Source: Rhodospirillales bacterium
Lineage (GTDB): Bacteria; Pseudomonadota; Alphaproteobacteria; Reyranellales; Reyranellaceae
Length of the DNA: 45,251 nucleotides
Direction: 5' to 3'
NCBI GenBank assembly: GCA_013205335.1
Contig: JABMNB010000062.1
Coordinates: 1 to 45,251, forward strand
Under the pieces are notes generated by a model. That model did not search any database. It saw only the letters and a list, made by a program, of their open reading frames with translations, and was not told the DNA's origin. A program made the translations under genes and the position numbers. Shown here piece by piece: positions 18,418-27,798 of this stretch (position 1 is its first letter; each line of letters opens with the position of its first letter).

Positions 18418-20715
18418 ATGGCGGTGTTTGGCAAGGCTCAGTACATCAAGCGTGTCGAGGATGACCGGCTCCTGACCGGCACGGGCGGATTCACCGATAA
18501 CCTCTCGCGACCGAACGAGGCCCACGTGGTCCTCGTCCGTTCCCCGCATGCCCATGCAAAAATCGTCAAGATCGACACGACGGCGGCCAAGGCGGCGCCG
18601 GGCGTGGTCGCGGTCTTCACCTGGGCCGACATGGAAAAGGAAGGCGCCGGCAATTTCGCCTTCCCGGCGATGTTTCCGGCTGCCGACGGCAGCAAGCCCG
18701 AGATGACTCCGCGGCGCTCGCTGGCGCACGAGGTCGTCCGCTATGTCGGCGAAGCCGTCGTGGCCATCGTGGCCGACACGCGCGAGCAGGCGCAGGACGC
18801 CGTCGAACTGATCGACATCGACTATGAACAGCTCCCGTCGGTGACCGAGATCGAGGATGCGCTGAAGCCCGACGCGCCGCAGGTCTGGGCGGGCGCTCCG
18901 GGCAACATCGCGGGCTTCAACAAGTTCGGCGACCACGCCAAGGCGGAAGCGGCCTTCAAGGCCGCCGCCCACGTCGTCTCTCTCGACATCGTGCACCAGC
19001 GGCTGATCGTGAACGCCATGGAGCCGCGCGCCGTGATGGCGGAATGGGAAGGTGATCGCCTCATCGTCCATATCGGCAGCCAGAACCCCTCGGTTACGCG
19101 CGACACGCTGTGCGATGTCATCCTGAAGATGCCGAAAGACAAGGTGCGCGTCGTCGTGCGCGACATCGGCGGCGGCTTCGGCATGAAGGTCGGCATCCAG
19201 CCGGACGAGGCCGTCGCGGTCTGGGCCGCCAAGGTGTTGAAGCGCCCGGTGCGCTGGCGTGCCGAACGCGGCGAGGAATTCGCTGCGACCACTGCCGGCC
19301 GCGACCAGTTCCACAAGGCCTCGATGGCGTTCGACAGGGACGGCAGGATACTGGCGCTGCGCATGGAAGCCTTCGCCAATATCGGCGCCTATCCGTCGCG
19401 CGGCGGCGTGGTCATCCCGCTGTTCGTCGGGCCGAAAGTGACGACCGGCACCTACGACATTCCGATGGTCGATCTCAAGATCACCTGCGTCATCACCAAC
19501 ACCGCCACGATCGGCGCCTATCGCGGTGCCGGCCGTCCTGAGTGCATCCTCAACCTCGAGAGGCTGATGGACACGGCGGCGCGCCAGATCGGAATGGACC
19601 CTGCGGAACTGCGCCGGCGCAATTTCGTGACGCCCGCGCAGATGCCCTACACAACGGCGATGGGCGAGAAGTACGACTCGGGCGACTTCAATCTCTTCCT
19701 CACCAAGACGCTGGAGGCGGCCGACTGGAACGGCTTCGACGTTCGCAAGGCGGAGGCCGAGAAGCGCGGCAAGCTCTACGGCCGTGGCCTCGCTTCCTAC
19801 GTCGAATGGACCTCGGCCAACGTCATGAACGAGATGGCGCATTACGAGGTCAAGGAGGACGGCAAGGTCGTGATCTGGATGGGCACCCAGGGCATGGGGC
19901 AAGGGCTGCAGACCAGCTTCACCCAGCTCGCCTCGGAGCTGCTCGGCATCGATCCGGCGAACATCGAGATCGCCATGGGCGATTCCGATCGCGTAGGCGG
20001 CGTCGGCTCGATGGGCTCGCGCTCGGCCTATATCGGCGGCTCGGCCGTGCTGAGCGGCAGCGAGAAGCTGGTCGACAAGGGCAAGGAACTCGCCGCCGAC
20101 GCGCTGGAGGCGGCCACCGCCGACATCGTCTACTCGGCCGGGCGCTTCACCATCACCGGCACCGACCGCGGCATTGGCCTCGGCGAGCTGGCGGCGAAGC
20201 AGCCCGACAAGCGGATCTTCATCGAGAACGTGAATACGGTCGACGGGATCGCCTGGCCCAACGGCGCCCATGTCGGTGAAGTCGAGATCGATCCCGATAC
20301 CGGCATGGTCGAGCTCAAGCGCTATACGACGGTCGACGACGTCGGCAAGCCGCTGCACCGCCCGATCGTATTCGGCCAGATCCATGGCGGTTGCGCCCAG
20401 GGCATCGGCCAGGCGCTGCTGGAAGAGAACGTCTACGACCGTGAGAGCGGTCAGCTCGTCACCGGGTCGTTCATGGACTATGCAATGCCGCGCGCCGGGA
20501 CCTTCCCCAACTTCAACAACCAGCTCGACGACTCGGTGCCGGCCAAGAGCAATCCGATCGGCGCCAAGGGCGTGGGCGAGTCCGGTACCGTCGGTTCGAC
20601 GCCCACGGTGATGAACGCGATCATGGACGCGCTGTGGCCGCTCGGCGTGCGCAACATCCAGATGCCGGCCACGCCGCAGCGCGTCTGGCTGGCGATCCAG
20701 GCAACGAGGAAATAA
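18418..20715 (+). CDS. Xanthine dehydrogenase-family molybdopterin-binding large subunit (CoxL form II-like)
   Basis: Motifs EDDRLLTG.G, GGGFGMK, active-site loop AYRGAGRPE, GQG..T, GQIHGG..QGIGQAL and GAKGVGE. Confidence 0.9.
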   Translation: MAVFGKAQYIKRVEDDRLLTGTGGFTDNLSRPNEAHVVLVRSPHAHAKIVKIDTTAAKAAPGVVAVFTWADMEKEGAGNFAFPAMFPAADGSKPEMTPRRSLAHEVVRYVGEAVVAIVADTREQAQDAVELIDIDYEQLPSVTEIEDALKPDAPQVWAGAPGNIAGFNKFGDHAKAEAAFKAAAHVVSLDIVHQRLIVNAMEPRAVMAEWEGDRLIVHIGSQNPSVTRDTLCDVILKMPKDKVRVVVRDIGGGFGMKVGIQPDEAVAVWAAKVLKRPVRWRAERGEEFAATTAGRDQFHKASMAFDRDGRILALRMEAFANIGAYPSRGGVVIPLFVGPKVTTGTYDIPMVDLKITCVITNTATIGAYRGAGRPECILNLERLMDTAARQIGMDPAELRRRNFVTPAQMPYTTAMGEKYDSGDFNLFLTKTLEAADWNGFDVRKAEAEKRGKLYGRGLASYVEWTSANVMNEMAHYEVKEDGKVVIWMGTQGMGQGLQTSFTQLASELLGIDPANIEIAMGDSDRVGGVGSMGSRSAYIGGSAVLSGSEKLVDKGKELAADALEAATADIVYSAGRFTITGTDRGIGLGELAAKQPDKRIFIENVNTVDGIAWPNGAHVGEVEIDPDTGMVELKRYTTVDDVGKPLHRPIVFGQIHGGCAQGIGQALLEENVYDRESGQLVTGSFMDYAMPRAGTFPNFNNQLDDSVPAKSNPIGAKGVGESGTVGSTPTVMNAIMDALWPLGVRNIQMPATPQRVWLAIQATRK

Positions 20716-20725
20716 CGGGCGGGAG

Positions 20726-21967
20726 ATGAAACAGCGTATCTTCGGCTGGATCTCCATCCTTTTTGGAATCGTCCTTTCGCTCGTCGCGCTCGAAGTCACG
20801 GCGATTGCCTGGCTCTACGTGGAAGACGGCCGCTACACGCCGGCGCCGGAGCTGTTCGATCGCACGCAGAACACCTACGTGCGCGACGCCACCAAGGGAA
20901 CGGCATGCCGCTACGTCGACACGCTCTTCCCGCATCCCTATGTAGCGTTCGTTCATCACGCGAACCCGCCGTGCGGCCTGCCGTGGGTCAACAACGTCGG
21001 CCTGTTCGGCGACGACTTTCCGGTGATCAAGCGCACCGATCGCTACGTCGTGATGCTGACCGGCGGTTCGGTCGCTTCGCAGCTGGGGCAGAACGCGCCG
21101 CCTCCGGCGCCCCGATATTTCGAGGAAGAACTCAACAACAAGTACATCAGCCCGAACGGCAAGCCGTTCCTTGTCCTGAACGGCGGTGACGGCGCCTGGA
21201 AGGAGCCGCAGCCCTTCATCCTGTTTGCGCTCTATGCCTCGTCGGTCGACGCGGTGGCGGTCCTCGGCGGCTTCAATGAGCATTATTTCTTCTGGCCAGG
21301 ATTCAGCGAACGGCTGGAGCGTCCGCTCAGCAACTTCCTGGACGTGAACCCCTTCGTGGCCGACGAGAATTTCGGTGATGCGGCGATCGGCTGGGTCATG
21401 GGACGGATCGCCGGCACGTTGGCGCTGAATCCGGTCCTCGGCCATTCACATGCCGCCTACATGGTGGTGCGGGGAATCGAGCAGGCTGCCAAGGGCAAGG
21501 ACATCTTCACGTCGACCAAGAAGACGACGCTGAACAGCATCTTCAACATGCCCGAGGAGATCAGGCGGGACTACAGGCTCGCCTTCGACGTCCAGCTCGG
21601 GCTCTACCAGAAGTACGTGAAGGCCACGATCGCGGTGGCGCGCGACAACAACGTGAAGTCGGCCTATTTCATCCAGCCGGCGCCAGCCATCGGCAAGGAG
21701 CTGACCGAGGAGGAGAAGCGGGTCGTCGGCGATCTCGCCTATCGCGACATGTACAAGAACATCGCTGCGGGACTGATGTCACTGCGCGACGGCGGCGCGC
21801 CGATCTTCGATCTGTCGCAGATCTTTGCCAAGGAGAAGGGGACGATTTACGCCGACCACATCCACTATGCCCGGGATTCCGCTCATGAGAGCCTCGGCAA
21901 CCGGATCGTTGCCGCCCGTATGGGAGAGATCCTGGCGGAGACCTGGGGACTGCAACGCAAGCCCTAG
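20726..21967 (+). CDS. Membrane-anchored SGNH/GDSL-like hydrolase or acyltransferase
   Basis: N-terminal TM helix, then SGNH-like blocks in order: LTGGSVA, VLNGGDGA, LGGFNE and ADHIHY. Confidence 0.55.
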   Translation: MKQRIFGWISILFGIVLSLVALEVTAIAWLYVEDGRYTPAPELFDRTQNTYVRDATKGTACRYVDTLFPHPYVAFVHHANPPCGLPWVNNVGLFGDDFPVIKRTDRYVVMLTGGSVASQLGQNAPPPAPRYFEEELNNKYISPNGKPFLVLNGGDGAWKEPQPFILFALYASSVDAVAVLGGFNEHYFFWPGFSERLERPLSNFLDVNPFVADENFGDAAIGWVMGRIAGTLALNPVLGHSHAAYMVVRGIEQAAKGKDIFTSTKKTTLNSIFNMPEEIRRDYRLAFDVQLGLYQKYVKATIAVARDNNVKSAYFIQPAPAIGKELTEEEKRVVGDLAYRDMYKNIAAGLMSLRDGGAPIFDLSQIFAKEKGTIYADHIHYARDSAHESLGNRIVAARMGEILAETWGLQRKP

Positions 21968-22088
21968 GAGAGGCCGCGGCGGGATGCCTGGGGATTGCAC
22001 GCAGGGGTAGGCCCACAAATTTGAGTTATTCTCCAAATACCTGTTGATTTACGGTTCCTGTCGAGTTTCACTCACCGATACGCCCTGT

Positions 22089-22113
22089 AAAAAAAGAAGC
22101 AGCAAACTGCTTC
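22089..22113 (-). terminator. Intrinsic terminator-like hairpin on the minus strand, within the fdnG leader
   Basis: The minus strand reads GAAGCAG-TTTG-CTGCTTC-TTTTTTT: a perfect 7-bp stem followed by 7 T. Confidence 0.45.
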
Positions 22114-22141
22114 ATGGGCAGCATTAGGGATGGAGTGAAAC

Positions 22142-25100
22142 ATGGCCGTTACGCGTCGGCAATTCATGAAGGTGAGCGCTGCCGGCCTCGCCGCTTCTTC
22201 CGTTGGGGCGCTGGGCTTCATGGGCGCAGGCGAAGGTCTCGCGGCTGGCGTACGGCCCTTCCGGCTCGAAAAGGCGACCGAGACCCGCAACACCTGCCCC
22301 TACTGTGCGGTGGGCTGCGGTGTCCTGGTCTACTCGTCGGCCGACGGCGCGAAGGACTCCAAGGCGCGGGTCGTCCACATCGAGGGCGATTCGGACAACC
22401 CGATCAATCGCGGCACACTCTGCGCGCGCGGCGCGGCGTCGCTGGGCTTCGCCAACAGCGTCAATCGCCTCCAGTATCCGGTGCACCGCAAGCCGGGCTC
22501 CGACAAGTTCGAGCGCGTGAGCTGGGAATTTGCGATGGAGCGCATCGCCAAGCTCGCCAAGGAAGACCGCGACAAGAACTTCATCGCGAAGAATCGCGAC
22601 GGCGTCACGGTCAACCGCTGGGTGAGCACCGGTTTCCTCGCCGGCTCCGCCTGCAGCAACGAGGCAGGTTATCTCACCTACAAGGCCATCCGGTCGACCG
22701 GCATACTGGCCCTGGAGAACCAAGCACGAATATGACACGGACCGACGGTGGCCAGTCTGGCCCCGACCTTCGGCCGCGGTGCGATGACGAACTCGTGGAA
22801 CGACATCAAGAACGCCGATGTAGTCCTGATCATGGGCGGCAACGCCGCCGAAGCCCATCCTTGCGGCTTCAAGTGGGTGACGGAGGCGAAGGCCAACAAC
22901 GGGGCCAAGCTGATCGTGGTCGATCCGCGATTCACCCGGTCGGCCGCAGTTTCGGACCTCTATGCGCCGATCCGGCCGGGTACCGACATCGCCTTCCTGT
23001 CCGGCGTCATGCGGTACCTGCTGGGCAACGGCAAGATCCACCAGGAATACGTCAAGGCGTACACCAACGCCTCCTACATCGTGAAGGAAGGCTTCAAGTT
23101 CGAGGACGGGCTGTTTGCGGGCTATGACCAGTCGAGGAGGAGCTACGTCGATCGCTCGACGTGGGACTACGAGTTCGACGAACAGGGCATGGCGAAGGTC
23201 GACGAGACCCTGCAGAACCCGCGTTGCGCCCTCAACCTGCTGAAGGCCCATGTCGAGCGCTACACGCCCGAGATGGTCGAACGCATCTGCGGCACACCCA
23301 GGGACAAGTTCCTGAAGGTCTGCGAGCTGATCGCGACGACGGCCAACGGCGAGCGCTCGATGACCTCGCTCTACGCGCTCGGCTGGACCCAGCACACGAC
23401 CGGGGCGCAGAACATCCGCAGCATGGCCATGATCCAGCTCCTTCTGGGCAACATGGGCATCCCGGGCGGCGGCGTGAACGCGCTGCGCGGCCACTCCAAC
23501 GTGCAGGGCATCACCGACTTCGGGCTGCTCACGACCTCGACGCCGGGTTACCTTGTCCTGCCCAATGAGCGGGAGGCGACCTACGCAGACTACATGAAGG
23601 CGCGTGCCTTCAAGCCCATCCGCCCCGGCCAGACCAGCTTCTGGCAGAACTACGGGAAGTTCTTCGTCAGCCAGCAAAAGAGCCTGTTCGGCAAGGCGGC
23701 CACGTGGGAAAACGACTGGGCTTACGATTACCTGCCCAAGTTCGACACCGCCTACGACGTTCTCAAGATCGTCGACATGATGGCGGGCGGCCAGATGAAC
23801 GGCCTGTTCTGCCAGGGGCTCAACGTCATGATGGCGGCCCCCAACAAGGCCAAGGTTCAGGCGGGGCTGTCGAAGCTCAAGTGGCTCGTCATCATGGATC
23901 CGCTCGAGACCGAGACGGGGCGCTTCTGGGAAAACCACGGCGAGTTCAACAACGTCGATCCAAAGGCGATCCAGACCGAGGTCTTCCAGCTTCCGACCAC
24001 GGCCTATGCCGAGGACGAGGGGACATTCACCAACTCCAGCCGGGTGATCCAGTGGCACTGGAAGTCCGTGGAGGGACCGGGCGAATCGCGCAGCGACATC
24101 CAGATCATCGCCGATCTGCACAGCCGCCTGCGCGGGCTCTACTCGAAGGAAGGCGGCGCCTTTCCCGATGCGATCCTCAATACGACTTGGAACTACGCCA
24201 AACCCGCGCATCCCGAGCCGGTCGAACTCCTGAAGGAGATCAACGGCTACGCGCTGGAAGATCTGCCCGATCCGGCCGATCCCACCAAGGTGATGCTGAA
24301 GGCGGGCCAGTTGCTGCCGGGCTTCGCCGTTATGCGCGACGACGGCAAGACCTCGGGCAGCTGCTGGATCTACACCGGCGTCTATACCGAGGCCGGCAAC
24401 ATGTCGATGCGGCGCGACGCCAGCGACCCGAGCGGTCTCGGCGTCCATCCGAACTGGGGCTACGCCTGGCCGGCCAACCGGCGCATCCTGTACAACCGCG
24501 CTTCCGCCGATCCGGACGGCAAGGCGTGGAGCGAGCGCAAGAAGTACATCACCTGGAACGGCTCGCGCTGGGTCGGTGCGGACGTGCCGGACTATGCGCC
24601 GACCGTCGCGCCGGACAAGTCGGTCGGCCCGTTCATCATGAACCAGGAAGGCACGGCGAGGCTGTTCAGCCGCACCGCCATGCCGGACGGCCCGTTCCCC
24701 GAGCATTACGAGCCGATGGACGCCTACATCGCCAATCCACTGCATCCCAAGGTCACCACGAATCCGGTGGCACGGGTGTTCGCGGCCGATGCCAAGTCGT
24801 TCGGCACGCCCGACAAGTTCCCGATCGTGGCGACCTCCTATCGTCTCGCGGAGCACTTCCACTACTGGACCAAGAATGTCCACGACAACGCCGTGGTCCA
24901 GCCGGAGATGTTCGTCGAGATGGGCGAGCGGCTGGCCAAGGCGAAGGGCATCAGGAACGGTGACTGGGTCGAGGTGTCGAGCCAGCGCGGCATGATCAAG
25001 GCGAAGGCGTCCGTATCGAAGCGCTTCCGGCCGATCATGGTCGACGGCAAGCCCTGCGACGTGATCGGCCTGCCCATCCACTACGGCTTCGTGGGCATGA

Positions 25101-25234
25101 CGCGGAAATCCTATCCGCTCAACACGCTGACGCCCGCGGTCGGAGACGCCAGCACCAATACGCCGGAATACAAGGCGTTCCTGGTCGACGTGAAGAAAAC
25201 CACCCCGCCGGCCTCGCAGCCGGCCGTGGCCTGA
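22142..25234 (+). CDS. fdnG: Formate dehydrogenase-N alpha subunit, selenoprotein (U198), 1030 aa
   Basis: ORFs 22142-22735 and 22748-25234 are in one frame, joined by TGA 22733-22735 in the context NQARI-U-HGPTV. Tat signal VTRRQFMK, 4Fe-4S motif CPYCAVGC...C, and [10 protein letters not shown]. Confidence 0.97.
22747..22764 (+). promoter_or_regulatory. Bacterial SECIS element
   Basis: GG-T(bulge)-GGCC-AGTCT-GGCC-CC begins after an 11-nt spacer following the TGA. This is the same geometry (bulged U, apical GU) as the E. coli fdnG/fdhF SECIS. Confidence 0.92.
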
Positions 25235-25248
25235 TCGGGGAGGGTGAG

Positions 25249-26154
25249 ATGTCCGTGATGCAAGCCTTCGATCTCCGCCGCCGGTCCGCCTCCAGCGTGC
25301 CGCCGCCGGCTGCCGGCAAGCAGGCGGCAGTGCCTGTGGCCAAGCTGATCGACGTCAGCAAGTGCATCGGCTGCAAGGCCTGCCAGACCGCCTGCCTGGA
25401 GTGGAACCAGCTCGACCAGCCGATTGGCTACACCGACGGCACCTACGACAACCCCACCGACCTCACGACCGCCTCGTGGACCGTGATGCGCTTCACGGAG
25501 TACGAGCACGGCGACGATCTCGAATGGCTGATCCGCAAGGACGGCTGCATGCATTGCGACGACCCGGGTTGCCTCAAGGCCTGCCCGGCGCCGGGGGCCA
25601 TCGTTCAGTACACCAACGGCATCGTCGACTTCATCTCCGACAACTGCATCGGCTGCGGCTACTGTGTGAAGGGTTGTCCCTTCAATATTCCGCGCATCTC
25701 CCAGGTCACGAGCAAGGCCTACAAGTGCACGCTCTGCTCCGACCGGGTCGTGGTCGGGCAGGCGCCGGCCTGCGCCAAGGCCTGCCCGACCCAGGCGATC
25801 TACTTCGGAACCAAGGACGACATGATCGCCCACGCCGGCAAGCGCATCACCGACCTGAAGTCGCGCGGATACCAGAATGCCGGCCTCTACAATCCGCAAG
25901 GCGTGAACGGCACGCACGTCATGTACGTTCTGCAGCATGCCGACAGGCCGTCGCTCTATGCCGGCCTGCCGGACAACCCGCGCATCAGCCCGCTGGTCGG
26001 CATCTGGAAGGGCGTGATGAAGCCGCTCTCGCTCGCGGCGATCGCCTTCGCCGGCGCCTTCGGCCTCATGCACTACGTCACCAAGGGGCCCAACAAGGTC
26101 ACCGAGCATGACGAGGAGAAGGCCGCTGAGGTTGCCGGGAGTGACAAGGCATGA
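25249..26154 (+). CDS. fdnH: Formate dehydrogenase-N beta (iron-sulfur) subunit
   Basis: Cys motifs [37 protein letters not shown] and KCTLC..R.....PACAKACP, plus a C-terminal TM helix. Confidence 0.95.
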   Translation: MSVMQAFDLRRRSASSVPPPAAGKQAAVPVAKLIDVSKCIGCKACQTACLEWNQLDQPIGYTDGTYDNPTDLTTASWTVMRFTEYEHGDDLEWLIRKDGCMHCDDPGCLKACPAPGAIVQYTNGIVDFISDNCIGCGYCVKGCPFNIPRISQVTSKAYKCTLCSDRVVVGQAPACAKACPTQAIYFGTKDDMIAHAGKRITDLKSRGYQNAGLYNPQGVNGTHVMYVLQHADRPSLYAGLPDNPRISPLVGIWKGVMKPLSLAAIAFAGAFGLMHYVTKGPNKVTEHDEEKAAEVAGSDKA

Positions 26155-26780
26155 CTGTGCATACGAAGCCGGTAAGCCGCTACACGACAGCCGCCCGCAT
26201 CAATCACTGGATCACAGCAGTATCGCTGGTCCTGCTGGCGCTGAGCGGCATGGCGCTGTTCCATCCCTCGCTCTACTTCCTGACCTATCTGTTCGGCGGC
26301 GGGCAGATGACGCGCATCCTCCATCCGTGGATCGGCGTCGTGCTGGCCGTCAGCTTCCTCGGCCTGTTCCTCCGCTTCTTCATGCTCAACCTGTGGAACC
26401 GTGACGACACGGTCTGGATGAAGAACCTGGGTTCGGTGATCAACAACAAGGAAGAGGGGCTGCCCGAACTCGGCAAGTACAATGCGGGGCAGAAGCTCGT
26501 CTTCTGGGGCCAGTCGATCCTGATCTTCCTGCTGCTCGGCAGTGGCCTGGTCCTGTGGGACACCTACTTCGCGTCCTACACCACGATCGACCAGAAGCGT
26601 CTCTCGGCGGTGGTCCACGCGCTGTGTGCGATTGGCGCCATCCTGATCTGGATCGTGCACGTCTACGCCGCCATCTGGGTCAAGGGCACCCTGAGTGCCA
26701 TGACTCGTGGATCGGTCAGCGGCGGCTGGGCCTGGAAACACCATCGCAAATGGTTCCGCCAGGAAGTCGGCAAGCCCTGA
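26151..26780 (+). CDS. fdnI: Formate dehydrogenase-N gamma (cytochrome b556) subunit
   Basis: Motifs [26 protein letters not shown] and WAWKHH. Four TM segments and an ATGA overlap with fdnH. Confidence 0.95.
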   Translation: MTVHTKPVSRYTTAARINHWITAVSLVLLALSGMALFHPSLYFLTYLFGGGQMTRILHPWIGVVLAVSFLGLFLRFFMLNLWNRDDTVWMKNLGSVINNKEEGLPELGKYNAGQKLVFWGQSILIFLLLGSGLVLWDTYFASYTTIDQKRLSAVVHALCAIGAILIWIVHVYAAIWVKGTLSAMTRGSVSGGWAWKHHRKWFRQEVGKP

Positions 26781-27718
26781 CTTCCGGTTCCGACAGTCCG
26801 GCCCCGGCCTTCGGCGAAAACATCCTCGGTGCGGCCGCCGAGAGTGAGCGCGTCCGGCTGCCCGACCTGTCGACGGTCTTCCAGATCCGCGCCGCTCGTC
26901 TGCGGGCGCTGGCGCCGGGCCATGATCTCGAAGGCTTCCTGCGCCTGATCGCGGCGCTGGTGACGGCGCAGCACCAGGCGTTGTCGGGCCTGCCGCCGGG
27001 TTCGATGCCGGGAGCCTCCGAGATCGGCAAGGCGCGGCTCGTGCAGCGCGCGCCGCTCGATCCTGCGATCTGGTCGCGCGACGAGAGCTGGCGGGTGGCG
27101 CTGTCGCGCATTCTGGAGACGATCGACCTCGAGGTTCTGCCGGACTCGGCACGGGTGGCCCGCGAGGCGCTTATGCAAGCGGACAAGGCTTCGCTCGAAT
27201 CGCTCGCGGACCGTTTTCTCGGCGGGGACGTTGCGGTTGGGGAAGCCGCCCAGGCCGTCTTCGTGGCGGCTGCCTTGCAGGTTGCGTGGACGCGCATGGC
27301 GGCGTTGCTGGACGCCGGCGATCTGGCGCGTGAGACCGAAGGCGGCGAGTGTCCGGCCTGCGGTTCGCCGCCTGTATCGGGGCTCGTCTCGCCCGGCGGC
27401 ACGAAGTTCGGCCACAGGCACCTTCATTGTTCGCTGTGCGCCACGTCGTGGCGCTACACGCGGGTGCGCTGCGTGCATTGCGGCAGCACCGACAGAATCT
27501 CGTTCCGCAATCTGGCCGGTACGGCCTATCTCCGTGCGGAGTGCTGCGAGGCCTGCCACGGCTATTCGAAGGTCTTCTATATCGAGAAGGCCCGCACCCT
27601 CGAACCGCTGGCCGACGACCTGGCCTCGCTCGGCCTCGACGTCCTTGTCGGCGAGGAGGGCTTCGCGCGCGTGCCCAATCCGTTCGTGCTGGGCATGATG
27701 GAGCCGCCGGAGAAGTGA
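26777..27718 (+). CDS. fdhE: Formate dehydrogenase accessory protein FdhE (start uncertain: CTG 26777 or ATG 26750)
   Basis: Four CxxC pairs (CPACG, CSLC, CVHCG, CEAC), ADDLASLGLD and C-terminal NPF. Lies directly after fdnI. Confidence 0.9.
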   Translation: MTSGSDSPAPAFGENILGAAAESERVRLPDLSTVFQIRAARLRALAPGHDLEGFLRLIAALVTAQHQALSGLPPGSMPGASEIGKARLVQRAPLDPAIWSRDESWRVALSRILETIDLEVLPDSARVAREALMQADKASLESLADRFLGGDVAVGEAAQAVFVAAALQVAWTRMAALLDAGDLARETEGGECPACGSPPVSGLVSPGGTKFGHRHLHCSLCATSWRYTRVRCVHCGSTDRISFRNLAGTAYLRAECCEACHGYSKVFYIEKARTLEPLADDLASLGLDVLVGEEGFARVPNPFVLGMMEPPEK

Positions 27719-27798
27719 TTGATCGGCCGTTGGGCCTGAGCCATGTTGACCGTTGGCGGACACGACGTCCGGCCTCTCTCTCTGGTAGGAACAATTCC

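Noticed and set aside
18418-20715. Aerobic CO dehydrogenase (form I coxL)
   Set aside because: The active-site loop is AYRGAGR rather than AYxCSFR, and there are no coxS, coxM or accessory genes.
17494-20799. 1101-aa antisense ORF over pxpA and the molybdoenzyme gene, and the many similar long overlapping ORFs in the track
   Set aside because: These are R/A/G/P-rich shadow translations of well-supported genes on the opposite strand or frame.
21968-22141. Moco/Wco riboswitch or FNR box upstream of fdnG
   Set aside because: I could not find the Moco motif core on the sense strand, and the TTGAT present lacks the ATCAA half-site.
22142-22735. Apparent truncated fdnG or pseudogene
   Set aside because: The stop is a Sec codon with a SECIS, and selA, selB and selC are present.
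22124-25081. 985-aa antisense ORF over fdnG
   Set aside because: A shadow frame expected opposite a GC3-rich gene, with no recognisable motifs. It is noted only because it ends near the minus-strand hairpin.
27774-27783. (CT)5 tract just upstream of the selA SD as a phase-variation switch
   Set aside because: It is short, non-coding and not evidently within a promoter spacer.
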